From the NCBI GenBank assembly GCA_004431415.1, contig QPMI01000631.1:1-64000 (forward strand): a stretch of DNA of 64,000 bases, in the 5' to 3' direction. Below are positions 49,735 through 62,715 of the stretch, piece after piece. The notes beneath the pieces are model-generated. The model saw nothing but the letters and a program-made list of their open reading frames with translations. It did no database searches and was not told the DNA's origin. Position 1 is the first letter of the stretch. Each line of letters begins with the position of its first letter. A program made the position numbers and the translations under genes. The DNA comes from Cyanophora paradoxa CCMP329. Its lineage: Eukaryota; Plantae; Glaucophyta.

Positions 49735-52700
49735 ATGGCGGCCGGCGCGTTCGTGGCGCCGACGGCAGCGCCGGCGAGCTCCTCTGTTCAGCAGAATGCC
49801 GTGCTGGCGTCTCCGGCGGCGCGCAGCGCTCAGCCGGCCCGCGCACGCGCCTCGGCCAGGCGCGAGCCGGCCCCGCGGCAGCGGCGGCAGTTCCTGGGCG
49901 AAGAGCTGCAGTTCAGACGTCTCATTCTGAGTACACCGCGCGTCCTGTTCGCCCGGCGTGCAGACCCGGCGCGCCCCGCCTCCGTGCCGGTGCGCACGCG
50001 GGCCCTCCATCATGAGCTCGGGCCGCCCGCGAACTTCTCGCGCCGCCGAACGTGTGATGCTCTAAGCTACAGCTTCGCGGCTCACACGGCCCGCGATCCT
50101 CGCAGGCGGCCGCGTCCGCCTCGCTGACCGAAGAGTTCCTGTCGCGGGTTCCCGAGGGCGGCGCCCTTGAGCGCCTGCGCGCGGCGGACCGCGTGTGGAC
50201 CTCCATTCGCGCCCGCGAACAGCCCGCGCCGCCCCGCGTCATCGGTGCGAGCCGACCGGACCCGCCGGCGCCGTGCCCTGCTGAGTCCGAACGGCGGTGC
50301 AGAGGAGTCGAGTGAGCGCATCGGCCGCGAGATCGAATTCGACGTCGCCATCTGCGGCGGGACGCTCGGCGGTGCGGCGCCCCCGCACAGACCGACCTCC
50401 GCCTTCGCCCCTCACCGCGCGCCTCCGGCCCCGCCCCCTCCTCAGTCTTCCTCGGCGCGGCGCTGGCCTCCAAGGGGTACCGCGTTGCCATCATCGAGCG
50501 TGGGGAGCTCCGGGGACGGGTACAGGAGTGGAACATCAGCCGCCGGGAGATGGAGACGTTCACGGAGATGAACCTGCTTACCCAGGAGCAGGCGCGCCGC
50601 GTACCCCTCTCCCCGTTCGCTCGCTCGTACCCCACCTAACTGCGGCATCCCCGCAGCTCGACAAGGCGATCTGCACGGAGTACAACCCGGTACCCCTCCC
50701 CTCCCCTTCGTCCCCGTACCCCGGGACCCCGCAATGCGCCCCTGACGCGCGCCTCGCAGGGCCGCGTCGGGTTCAAGGGCGGCAAGGATCTCTGGCGAGC
50801 GCCGCGTACCCCCTGCCCCCGAAACCTCCGCGGGGCCCTGACACGTGTACCCCCCTTCAGGGTCCGTGACGTCCTAAACGTCGGGGTCGATCCCGTGTAC
50901 CTGCTGGAGCAGCTGAAGGTTTGCGGTACCCGCACCCCTTCCCCTCCCTCTCCTCATACCCCCCGCCCCTAGAACAAGTTCATCTCGAGCGGGGGTACCC
51001 TTCTCGAGCGTACCCCCTTCGAGGGAGCGATCGTGCACCCCGACGGGGTCGAGGTACCCTCCTACTCCTCTTCCCCCCGCCCCCTCTTCGCCGAATCGCG
51101 TACCCCTGCGCAGCTGAAGCTCGGGGAGCGGAGGATCACCGCCCGTCTGCTACTGGACGCCATGGGCAACCTCTCCCCCATCGCCAAGCAGGTACCCCCC
51201 CCTACCAAAAACGCCGTACCCCGGAACGAGCGAGCGAGCCGCGTGCAGGCACGGGGGGGAAGGAAGCCCGACTCGGTCTGCGCGGTCGTGGGCACCTGCG
51301 CCACCGTGCGCCCCCTACCCCCCCTTCTCCTCCCCCCTTCCTTCCTAACTTCTACCCCCCTTCCCCCCCCCCCCCCAGGGCTTCAAGGACGACGCGAACG
51401 AGACGGGGGACCTGATCTACAGCTTCACCGAGATGCAGGTGCCGTACCCCGGCCCGTCGGCGCTCGCTCGCTCCCCCTTCAGCGCTCGGATGTGGGGGGG
51501 GGGGGGGGGAGCGTGGCGGAGGGGGAGATTAAAAGGACGCCCTCCGCTTGCCGCCCCGCCTCCGCTAGTTCCAAGAGCCCGCCCCGCCCGCTCAGCGGCT
51601 AGCTCGCTCTCGAGCCGCCCCGCCTCCAGCTAAGCCTGGTCGGCGGGGGCCGGCCGCTCGGCCTTTGGCCGCCCCTTGAGTCACTGAATTCAGCTCCCGC
51701 CTGAAAGCCCAAAGCCTCTCCCGGCCCAAAGCTGAGGCGCTTCGCGCAGGGGGACCTGCAGTACTTCTGGGAGGCCTTCCCCGCCCGCGACGGCCGCACC
51801 ACCTACATGTCCGCCCCGCCCCGCCCCGCCCCGCCCCGCCCCGCCCGGATCTAGCTCTTGATCTAGATCTAGAGCTAGATATCTAGATCCAGATCTCTAT
51901 CTAGCTCTTGATATAAATCTAGAGCTAGCGCACCCCCTCCCACCCTCCCACCCACCCACCCTCCCACCCACCCTCCTCCCACCGTCCCACCCTCCTGCCT
52001 CACCCTCTCCCGCCTCACCTCCCCCTCCCCTACCCTACCCCCCCCCCCCCCCCCCCCAGGTTCACGTACATGGACGCGGACCCGGCGCGCCCTTCGCTGG
52101 AGGCCATGTTCGAGGACTACCTCCGCCTTCTCCCCGAGTACCAGGTCGGCCCTCAGGAGGGACGCCTTGCGCTCAGAGCCTAGGGACCTGCGTCCTGGGG
52201 TCAGCGCCCTAGGGACCCTAGGGACGTGGGAGGGCCTGGGCCCGGGGAGGGACCAGGGTCGAGGGCCCTGAGAGGGAGGCAGGGAAGGAGGCAGGGTGGG
52301 CCTGGGCCCAGGGAGGGGGAAGGGACTAGGACCGGGGCGCTTGAGAACGAGTGCGGGCATGGAGGAGCCTCAATCTCTTGGGCCCATGCGCGCGCGGGGG
52401 TACACAGCCGCGCGCCCCTCCGCCGACCGCCGCTCTCGCAGGGCGTGCCCCTCTCCGAGATCTCCCCCCTCCGCGCCCTCTACGGCTTCTTCCCCTCCTA
52501 CCGTGAGAGGTACCCCTCCTCCTCCTCGGCCGCCCCAGCACCCGCAACCCCCTCTCACGCCCCATCCAGCCCCCTGCAGACGACCTGGAACCGCGTGCAG
52601 CACGCGCGTACCCCTCCCCTCCCTCCCCTCTGGCCGCTTACGCCCCCTCCTCAGGTCGGGGACAGCAGCGGCAACCAGAGCCCCCTCAGCTTCGGCGGCT

Positions 52701-53686
52701 TCGGATCCATGGTACCCCCCTCACGTCGCTGACCCCCTTTTTCTCTTCTGAAAGCTGTACCCCCCTGCAGGTCCGGCACCTCCGCCGCCTGACCGACGGC
52801 ATCTCGGGGGCCCTTCAGGTAACAGCGTACTCCCCCGGGGTTGAGGGCCGTACCCCCGCAACGAAGCGAGCGAGCACGTACCCCCCCCCCGCAGAACGAC
52901 CAGCTCTCCCGGGACGATCTGGCCCTCCTGCAGCCCTACCAGGTACCCCTCCCCTACCCGCCTCTCCCCCCCCTCTCCTTTCTGATCCGAAGCGCCAGCC
53001 GTCGGTGAGCGTCGCGTGGCTGTTCCAGAAGACGATGTCGGCGCGCGTCGGCCAGGTGCGCTAGCGCTCCCCGCCGGACCCCCTAAGCATGGGCCGCGCC
53101 TCCTTTCCTTGCCAAGGGCGCCGACCCCGCCGCGCCGCCGCGCCGCCGCGCAGGGCCGCTCGCTGTCTCCGAACCACATCAACGACGTCCTCAACGTCGT
53201 CTTCGCCGAGATGGAGGCCCGCCCCGCCCCGCCCCGCCCCCAAACTTGAACTTAGCTTAAGCTTAAAAACAGACTGATGAAATAAGCTTCTAAGCTCTAA
53301 CTGCTGAACTAAGCTTAAACAATCTGCCGAGATGGAGGCCCGCCCCGCCCCGCCCCCAAACTAAGGAAACCAACTAGACTGAACTAAGGACTCTCCGCGC
53401 CGACCGCCTGCGCGGGAGGCGGGAGGCAGGCCCCGCCCCGCCCCGCCCCGCCCCGTCTAAAGCTAAACAAAATTTAAATAAGCTGCTGAACTTGACTTCG
53501 TCTAGCTCAACGTCTAGCCAACTGGACTAAGCTTAAATCGGCGCCCGCCCCTGGAGACAGCTTACCCGCCCCCCCCCCCTTCGCCGCGCAGAAGCTGGGG
53601 GACCCGGTGCTGCGGCCCTTCCTGCAGGACGTCATCCAGTGGCCCGCCCTCACCCGCACCATGGTACGCCCCTCGCCTCTAGATCT

Positions 53687-53729
<43 letters not shown>

Positions 53730-54734
53730 CCCCGGCCCCCGGCCCCTTCTGCTTCTGCTTCTGGGCCCGACTTCCTTCCTTCCGGGGAGAAAGCCCCGGC
53801 TTGTCCCAGCCCTCCTCCTCTTCTTCGCTCCCCTAGCCCCACCTCCCAGAGCTCTAGATCTCCGATCCCGGCCCTCTTCTGGAGGCTTCAGCGTCCTCTG
53901 GGCCTCTCCCGCACCGACGTACTAGAGGCCTTCTAGGTGCCCCCGGGCGGCCCCTTCCGCCTCTTTCGCTTCTCTGGAACTCTCTAGCTTTTCGTGGGGA
54001 AGAATCCCTAGCTTCTCGCAGGCGTACCGGACGGCTGGGCGGCTGAGCTGGACCCCCTTCGGGGCCGGGCGCAGGTGGCGATGTCGCTCGCGGACCCCCT
54101 CCTCGTCGCCCGCGTCATGGCCCAGGCCCGTGCTCCCCTCCCCGCCTAGATCGACGTACCCTTCCCTAAGGCCGAGAGCCCACCCCGCCTTCGACTCGAT
54201 GAGAGCCGCCCTCTCGGCCTCAGGGCCCCCTCCCCTGCGCCCTTCCGATAGCGAGAGCCTTTGGTCCTGCGGGCCCAGCCGCCCCACCCGCCCCGCCCCG
54301 CCCCGCCCCGCCCCGGCCCGGCCCTTCGGCGAACCCTTGCGCGGCAGGTGGGCCCCGGTGCGCTGCTGGACTGGACCCAGCACTACCTCGCCCTCGGCCT
54401 CTACGGCGCCTCGCTTCCCCTCCTCGAGCGCTGTGCGCCCCTCCAGGCTTCCCGCGCCGCGCCCCTTGGCTGCCAAAGTTTCTAAGGGTTCTTAGCTTCT
54501 AAAGCTTCTTGGCGCGGTGCGCGCCGCTCTGCCCCTCCTCCAACGCCGCGCGCGCCCTCTGAGGCCTCTCCTTTCGGTTCTCCGAGTGCGAGCGCTGACT
54601 CCTCGGCAGCGGCGGTGCAGGCGACGGGGCCGCCGCAGGACCGCTGGCGGGCGCGGCAGCGCTTCGAGGGCGTGCGCTTCGGCTGCGCGGGGGACTACAC
54701 CTACCACGCCCCCTCCGGACCCGGATCCCAGTGA
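49735..54734 (+). CDS. cruP: CruP/CruA-family lycopene cyclase-like FAD oxidoreductase with plastid transit peptide
   Basis: FDVAICGGTLG, RGRVQEWNISRRE, VRDVLNVGVDP, LLLDAMGNLSPI, QYFWEAFP, GFFPSYR, VGDSSGNQSPLSFGGFGSM, LRPFLQDVIQW. N-terminus MAAGAFVAP...FLG. Confidence 0.88.
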
Positions 54735-54858
54735 TCTTGTCTAGGTCTAGATCTAGCTAGAGCTCCAGACTCTTTGCTTTTTCATGATATATCTTATCTT
54801 CAAGCACTACAAAACCGTTCGAAACTCTCGCTACGAAACCGGCGGGGGCCCGGCCCGT

Positions 54859-55942
54859 CTAGTGGCCAGCCGACTTGAACTTGTTGACCTGCGCGGGTTC
54901 GAATCCGAATTCGAAGGGTGAGGGCGTGGGCAAGGGAGAGGGGAAGAGAGGGGGGCGCACGTTGAACTCGGTCTCCATGCGGAAGCCCTGCGCCGCGAGA
55001 TCCTCCGCGTACCCCGCGCCCGCCGGGAGGACCTGTACCCCAGGACCCGGATCGTGACCCTGTACCCCCCCGAAGATCCTGGAGGGGTACAGGGGGCGCA
55101 CGAGGACGGAGAAGGGCTCGAGGCGGAGCCAGAGCTTGTAGGGGGTAGAGATGAGGTCCTTGGGCTCGCAGAGGCAGTTCTTGTAGTTCCTGGTACCCGT
55201 CTAAGCCGAGCCGGCAGAGGCGCCCCCGGCCCACACGCGAACGAAGCGCGTGCGCACCACGCCTTGGACATTGAAGTCTGCGCGTCGCGGATCGAATTCG
55301 GGTGAGTGTGGGGTGGAGCGGACGGGGGCCGCCGCAGGCGGGTCTAGCTACGCACCTCCTTGCCGCCGACCTTGTGTGTTACGGTGAGAATGAACTGCGG
55401 CGGAAAGCGTGAGCCCGCGCGGAGCCCCGCGCGAGGGTGCGGGCCGCCGGACCTCGTCCCAGCTCTGCGGGACGCAGCGTGAGCGGCGGCGGCCGGGAGC
55501 GGCGCGACGCGACGCGGTTCACGAGCGCACGGCTATGTGGAGATCCTCGTCGTCGGCGATGCGGCCGCTCTTCCAAATCACCTTGGTCGGAAGCGGTTTC
55601 CTTGGCGTCGAAGAGGCGACCGTCGAGTTAGACCGCGCATCCGCGGCGGCGCCGGTTACGCTCACCGGTCGAGGTAGTTCACGCTCTCTTCGAAGCCCGA
55701 AGTGACCACGCAGGCGATCTGGACGCGGCATATCTCGTCACCTATCACCCCAGCGGAGCGGGTTGCGCGGGCTGCATCAGCGCGAACCTTCGTGGCCGGG
55801 TCCACGAAGACGGCGATGGTGTGCCTGCGGCGAGAGAGACGGCGGTTAGGCGCTGTGACGGCGCGACGCGGCGGCGGGTGTCGGACGGCAAGTCCTCGTG
55901 CTTCACGCACATGATCTGCTTCTTATCGGCGGGGCCCGTCAT
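54859..55942 (-). CDS. Hypothetical multi-exon protein
   Basis: Exon-like pieces MTGPADKKQIM, HTIAVFVDPATK, VIGDEICRVQIACVVTSGFEESVNYLD, GYAEDLAAQGFRMETEFN, VNKFKSAGH* with host-type introns on the minus strand. Confidence 0.5.
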
Positions 55943-56130
55943 CTTTTCGTTGCGTGCTGGCGACAAAGGCTGCGACTGGACGGGTACGGCAACTCGAGCC
56001 CAAACGCTCTCGGACCGCACGCCGCCGCCAGCCGCTTAAGATCAGTCTCTGGCTTAGCTAGCGCTCGTAGCACTCTGCTGGCGACACAGGAGGTACCGAG
56101 CGTTGTGGAGCTAAGTTTGCGGCGGGCGAC

Positions 56131-56865
56131 ATGGCGGGGACGGCGCTGGGCCCGGAGGCCGTCAAATACCTCGAGAATGCGGTGCTGCACCTCAGGAACA
56201 AGCGCTCGAACATTGTGCGTGGTGCTCCAGCCTCCGCCTGGCCGCCCCGCTGACCAGGCGCAGCTGAACCAAATTGCGGCGGACGAGGAAGAGATCAAGA
56301 GGATAGACCAGGACTACGCGAAGATCCAGCCGAAGATAGACAAGCTGACCACGGACCTGGAGGCGAAGATGAAGGAGCGGGAACAGTTGCAGGGCCTTCT
56401 GAAGGTGAGGCGGCCGGCAGCGCGGGGCGCTCGCGCCGGCTGAGCGCGCCCGCAGATGTGGAACACAGAGGCGACGAGCACCATTGCGAACGCTACGAAG
56501 CTGATCAGGCAGAGCAAGGTGGCGACGGGCGTGCTGGCGAGGCAAGAGGCCTCCGCCAAGACCGACAGTGCGCCGCCGCAGCGCGCCCCGCCGAGCGCCC
56601 AGCGCCGAGCGCCACAGCTGAGCGCGCCTGCCCCGCCGCAGTGACGAAGGTGGCGACGAAGTCCCGGCTCAAGTGCGGCGCCGGCTCCCCGCGCCGCGCA
56701 GGGGGCGCCGGCCTCACGCGCGCGCGCGCGCCGTGCAGGTACAACCCCGATCTGGCGGCGAAGCTCCTGTCAGAGACGAGCATCAGCGGCGGCGGTGCCG
56801 GCCCCTCGGGATCGGCCTCCGGGTCCCGATCCGCCTCCGCCTCCGCCGGCAACGCGGCGCACTAG
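56131..56865 (+). CDS. SSNA1/DIP13-like coiled-coil protein
   Basis: Spliced MAGTALGPEAVKYLENAVLHLRNKRSNI/LNQIAADEEEIKRIDQDYAKIQPKIDKLTTDLEAKMKEREQL matches, from memory, the L..KR....QI..EE.E spacing of SSNA1/DIP13. Confidence 0.55.
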
Positions 56866-57436
56866 CGAGGGGGCCGCCCCAGCGCCGTCGGATCAATTAA
56901 TAGTAACGATCAGCTTGTTCTCGCGCACTGGCCATGCATATGGGGCCGAGCCAAGTCCGGCGGGTCGGAGCCGTTACGTATACTGGTGGCCGGATTAAGG
57001 TGGCACCGATCATCGAATATCGTAAATGTATATTTATCTTTCAGAGAAAGCCCGTCAAAAAGCGCCACCCGCTTTCAAGAAAGCCTACGAATCCGCTATA
57101 GACATCATACTATGATATATATAATAACAAGTTAACGTTGCAATAAGATAGTCAGCGATAGCAAGATTTAAAGTTTAAACTGCCATGTCAAAAAGCTCTA
57201 AGCTATTGCTCCAATCCAGCTATTCTAATTCTCTACGTGAAGCGAAGTCGCTACCCACTGTCCAGGAGAGAAATCGACCGAGAAGATAGTACAGAAAAAA
57301 GATAGACAAAGGGACACAGCGTCAAAAAAGCTGCGGCAATGGCGACACTTGTCCAATCCAATCTGATGACGATGGAGAGCATAGGGCGAATGGTATGTGC
57401 AGAGCAACGTTCAAAAGAAGGGACGGGGCGGGCCGC

Positions 57437-60400
57437 TCAGCTCGCCAAGACGGGGTCCGCGAACGGCGCGGCCCCGAAGGGAGGTACGACGACGGCGGGG
57501 GTGCGGGGGGTAGAGGGGATCGAGGGGGGGCGGGAGAGGGCCGTGGAGGAGGCGGAGGCGCGGCGGGAGTGGCCGGCGCGGGGGGTAGGGGGACCCGGGA
57601 GGATGGGGGCTACCGTGTACACGGGGGAGGGGGGCTGGGAGACGGCCGAGGGGGCGCGGATGAGGGGGGTATCGCTCCCCACCGAGGCGGCGGTCATGAG
57701 CCCGGGGGAGGAGTCGCGGCGCGGTAGGTTCGCAAAGCCGCCAAAGCCGCCGTAGCCGCCGAAGCCGCCGCCGCTGCCTCCGCCGCTGTCGGAGGCGCCG
57801 AGGGCGCGGGCGGAGCTGCTCTTGACCGGGGACGAGGGCTGCTGCCCGGCTCCCGAGGCGGCAGCCTCCATCTGCAGCTCGCGGGCCGAGCGCCGCGTGG
57901 CCGCCGGCGTACCCTCCCGGTCCGACGTGCCCGAGGGGGTACGCCTGTGCACGCCCCGCACGGGGGTCGAGCGCCCCGTGGCGCCGCCGCCGCCGCCGCC
58001 CTCGCCCCCGGCGCGCGAGGAGGAGATGGGCAGCTCCGAGAGCGCCACCATACCCCGCGGCTCGGGCGGGGGCGGGCTGTCGCCCTCGCCCCCCACGGCC
58101 GGCCCCGCCCCGTTCGGGCTGTTCACGTCCTCTTCCGACGTGCGGCGGGCCTTGCGACGGGGGGTACGCGAGCGGTGCGGGACGCCCTCCGAGAGAGCGG
58201 CGGCGACGGCCCGCGCTTCAATGTACCCGTCCGCCACGCGGACGTACGAGAGGAGTGGGGCGGACACCAGAAGGGCGACCAGGACGGGTATCATGCCGTA
58301 GCGCTGCCGGGGGGTACGGTCGGTAGGCTGGACGGGTACAGGAAAGAGGCGGGCGGGAGCGCGGCGCACGAGCTCGCCGCTCGCCGCGGCGACGGTCGCG
58401 GAGACGGCGGGTACGACGATGCTGGAGCCCTTGCCCGCCGCCTCGAAGAAGCTAGGGAGGGGGTAACCCGTCAGGCCAGCTGGCCGAGGGGGGAAGGAGC
58501 GCGAGGGGAGTACGGTCGCACCCGAAGAAGGCGCCCTCGCAGCCGTCGGGCGTCATGTGCGCGAGCATGCTCCGCGAGAAGCTCTGCGCGGGCGGCAGAC
58601 CAACAAACAGGTCAGGGCCTCTTACGATCTAAGAGAGGCTAGCTAAGAGATCTAAGAGATCAGAACAAACAGTTCAGGGCCTCTTAACATATCTTCATAG
58701 ACTAGATCAGCAGGGACCTCTTACGATCTAGGGAGGCTAAGAGATCTAAGAGATTAGAACAAACAGTTCAGGGTCTCTTTAACATATCTTAATAGACTAG
58801 ATCAGCAGGGCCTTCATAGAAAATAAGGTTAGACTCAGCAGGGTCTCTTTGACATATCTTAATAGACTAAATCTTTGATTCCAACAGAGTCTTAATAGAA
58901 GACAAGGTCACCGTGAAGGCGCCGAGGGAGAAGCCGTAGACGAAGCCGAAGGCGTACATCTCGGAGGCGGTCCGCAGGCCGACGCGGGAGCCCGGGATGA
59001 CGCCCAGGAGGACGTACCTGTCGGGCGGGCGGGCGGGCGGGAGGTAGTCAGTTAGAAGCTAAGTTAAATTAAGCTAGAAGTTAGTCTAGCAAGTGAAGTT
59101 AGAAGTATATCAATATTTGTCTAGCAAGAAGTTATGTTAGCAGACAGCGCGGCTCGCCAGCGAGGCGGGCGGGCGGGCGGGCGGGTGGGAGGGCGTCAGC
59201 GGAAGGGAGCGCGGCGGCTTCGGCGGTGTCGGGAGGGGAGGGCCCGTCGTTAGCTCTTAGGAGGGGGGCGGACTTTCGAGCTAGGGGCGGAAGGAGCGCG
59301 GCGGCGGCGGCGGCGTCGGCGGCGGCGTCGGAAGGGGGGAGAGAGGGCCCGTCGCTTGTTTTAGGGGCGAGTGCGGCTGGGCGGGCGGGCGGGCGGGCGG
59401 GCGGGGAGGGCGCACAGGGCGACGAGGATCATGGCGACGACGCTTGACTGCACGATCGCCACCGGCCGCGCCCCGAACCGCTGCGAGGCGGCGATGCGCG
59501 GCTCGGTCAGCCGCGGGGTGTACGATCAGGGCGCGTGTGAGGCGGGGCTTCGTAACGTCGCGCTCTATGGGACGTCTCTGTGCGGGCTTCTCTGGGAGAT
59601 GTCCTTGAGATCCTTAGAACGATGCCATCTAAGCTCCTAAGATCCTTTTCTAAGCTCTGTAGAGAGGAGCGGGGGGAGGGCCGCAGGCCACCGTGGCGGC
59701 GCGGAAGGCGGCGAGGGCGCCTTGGATGTTCTTAAGTGCTCCAGATGCCCTCTTCGCTAAGCTTCTCAGCTGCTACGCTTCCTTTTCTATAAGGGGGCGC
59801 GGCTAAGGGGGGCGGACGGTGGCGGCGCGGTAGGCGGCGAGGGCGCCGAGGACGCCGGCGACGGGGATCTCCAGCACCAGCAGCGCCACCAGCATCCCTG
59901 GCGGCGAGGGGTGGCTCAGTTGGAGGGGGCGGGAGGCGGGGGGCGGGAGGCGGGAGGAGGGGGGCGGGAGGCGGGGCGTCCGGCTAAGCTCGGGCGGGCG
60001 AGAGAGACGACAACCGGTGGGGAGGCTCGACCGCTCGTAAGAAGGGAGGGGGGGGGGGGGAGAGCTTGAGCGGCGCCGGAAGGGAGGGAGGGGAGGGAGG
60101 GAGGGAGCGGGGGCGGGGGGCGCCCACCGGAGCGCTCGAGGGTCTGGTCCGCGAAGTAGGCGCCGAGGGCCCTGCGGTGGGTGCTGGAATCAGGCGGGGC
60201 GCTCGGGGTGGGGGACGGGGGGGACGCCGGCCGCCGTCAAGGTAATAATAAGGAGGCGCCGCTGTGGTTTATGCGTGGCGATTACGCAGCCTAGCGTTGC
60301 TCTGGGGGAGGGGGTGGGTCGCGGGCGCCGGCCGGGCGGGCCGCGGGCATCCTTAGAGGTGGATGGATGGGGGCGCGGGCGCCCCAATACGAGCCGGCCG

Positions 60401-62715
60401 CGGGGGGGGGGGGGGGCGGGGGCTGGGGCAAGGTACGCACGCGAGGCCGGCGAAGGCGTCCGAGGCGACGAGGTACGCCAGCAGGAACCGCCCCGCGTTC
60501 GGCAGCTGCGAACGAAGGGATGTCGGGGGGGGGGTGGAGGGATGGGGGAGGGGGGGGGGAGGGGGGGGGAGAGCACCTTTTGGGCGCTGCCGACGGCGCG
60601 GCGGAGGCGGGTGAGGGAGACCCCGAGAGCGCTCCGCGAGACGGCGAGGGGCGGGCCCAGCCGCCGCTTCAGAAGCACCGCCGCGAACACCGAGAAGCCG
60701 GCCCACTGGGGAGGGGGGGAGGGAGCGTTAGAGGAGCAGAGAGGGGGGGAGGGAAAGGGGGGTACCCAGCAGCCGGCGATGAGGGAGGAGAGACGGTACC
60801 CCAGCGCCGGGTTGGACACGAAGGCGAGGAAGGGGAAGCACGCCAGGAGGCACGCGGCGCCTGGGGGAGGAGGGGGAGGAAAAAGGCGCCCGTGAGGCGG
60901 CGTCGGGAGAAAGCAAAACGGGACCCGGCGGGAGTCGAACCCCCGACGAATCCGGAGACGACTCCGCGGACGGAGAGCCAGACGGTGGCCCGCTCCAGAG
61001 CCGTCCGGTGCTCCGAGGGATCCTCCCGGTACTTAATCTGGAGGGGTGGGCGGTGTCAAGCGACAGGGGAGTACACGAAAACGGCAGGCAAGCCGGGCGG
61101 GGTCTACTTGGGGGGTACGTACCTCGGTGTCGTTTCGGGCGAGGATGGGTAGGTACGCGTTGAAAGCCACGACGGAGGCCCCGTGGAAGAACTTGCCTGC
61201 GGCCCCGCTCAGGGTACGCGAAAGGCTGGTTAGGCTCAGGGGTACGACGCGAACCGAGGATGAGCAGGATTCCGACGAGCCAGTAGAGTTGTTCGGCCTG
61301 CGGGACCGGTTCGGTTCAGGGCGCTCTCGGGGCGGGCTAGGGGCGCGTTGCCTTAGGGAGCGGCCTCGGCAGGCCGGCTAAGGCTGCTAGTAGTTCCTTC
61401 TAATAGTTTATAGAATCCCAGGGCCGCGGGCAGCTTTCCGGGAGGCTGGGACGGGTCGGGCGGGGCTCGGGTCGGACCTGGACGAAGGCGACCCCGATCG
61501 TGCAGGTGGCGCCGGCCGCCGCGCAGATCACGAGCGCCCGCTTCCGGTACCCGCTGCGGCGGTACGTCGGCACTGTGCGCATATGTTGGGCGGCGGGCGC
61601 GTCGCGCTGCGCACGAGAAGTCGAGGAAGGCCGAGAAGAGGCCGAACACGAAGATCTGCGGGCGGAGGCATCAGCACGCGCTGCGCCCGGATTCGAGCGG
61701 GATAGCACCTGCAGGGCGCCTTGGATCAGGCGGCACGCGGCGACGAAGGCCGCCGGATAGAAGGCCGACCAGCCGATGGTCACGAGGCCGTCCGCGTTCG
61801 CGGCCTGCTCGCACATCCGCAGCAGCAGATTCGGCAGGAAGCCGGCGAACATAACCACGACAGGCGCCCTGCGGACGGCGCGCGCGTCATGAGCCCACAG
61901 CAACGCGCAGACAGCAATTGCAGGCACTGGAGGCGTACGTGCTCGCGAATTCCTGCGAGGGCGAGTCAGCGGGCGCATCGAGGATCGAGAGAATGCGATT
62001 GCACGCACATAGCTGCACCGGGGGGCGGCAGGGAAGACGCAGGGACGGGGCGACGGTAAACGGACAAGGTCAAGATAGGGCGCGGCGGGAGTTCGCACCT
62101 TATCCACCCGCGCCTCTCCCACAGCCCGGCATCTGGTTCATGAGAGCATTCCACTTGACCGAGCCGCACGGACGAGTGCCGCCGGTCAAGGGGCTGGCTG
62201 AAGCTGCGCTCCGCAATGCCATCGTTCTGCTGGTCCTCCTCGCCTTCGACGAGCACGAAGTCGACTTCTAAAGTCTCCACCGTCCTCCTCGCGCTTAGAG
62301 GTGCCATCCTGGGCGGGGCCTCCCGCTGGTCCGAACAAAAGCACCGAGCTGGCGGCGGAGCGCCGCTGCGGGCGTACGATACAGTGCTCTACGTGGTTTG
62401 CTGCTGGACTGGCGACTCTCTGCGAGGACGCAGGGCGCTCGAGGGCGGTGAGCCGTCAAGTAGAACGCGCTCTCCAGCTGTCAGGAAGGGCGTGCTGGTG
62501 CTCGGGGGGCGCTTTATCGGCACCAGTGAAATGGGCAGCAGTGCCAGACCGCGCTGCTGGCTTGCGCGACGGCCGCTTCGAAAATTCACAGCCGCGCCAG
62601 CGGTCGGCGTACCCCCGCCCCAAAGCTCAGGACTGCCGATTCGATGGGCCGTGCTTACCACCAACTTGAATTCGAAGTGATTCAGGCGGTGCACCTGAAC
62701 CCGAACTCCTTCCAT
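57437..62715 (-). CDS. Atg22/UMF1-like MFS transporter (multi-intron)
   Basis: ERRGWI..EFAST, GYRKRALV, VVAFNAYLPILA, RFLLAYLVASDA, LLGVIPGSRVGLRTASEMYAFGFVYG, SRSMLAHMTPDGCEGAFF, EAAGKGSSIV. Both ends are approximate. Confidence 0.78.
58600..58875. repeat. Intronic AT-rich ~95-bp degenerate tandem repeat
   Basis: AAGAGATCTAAGAGAT-AGAACAAACAGTTCAGGG and AACATATCTT-ATAGACTAGATCAGCAGGG each occur 2-3 times. Confidence 0.8.
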
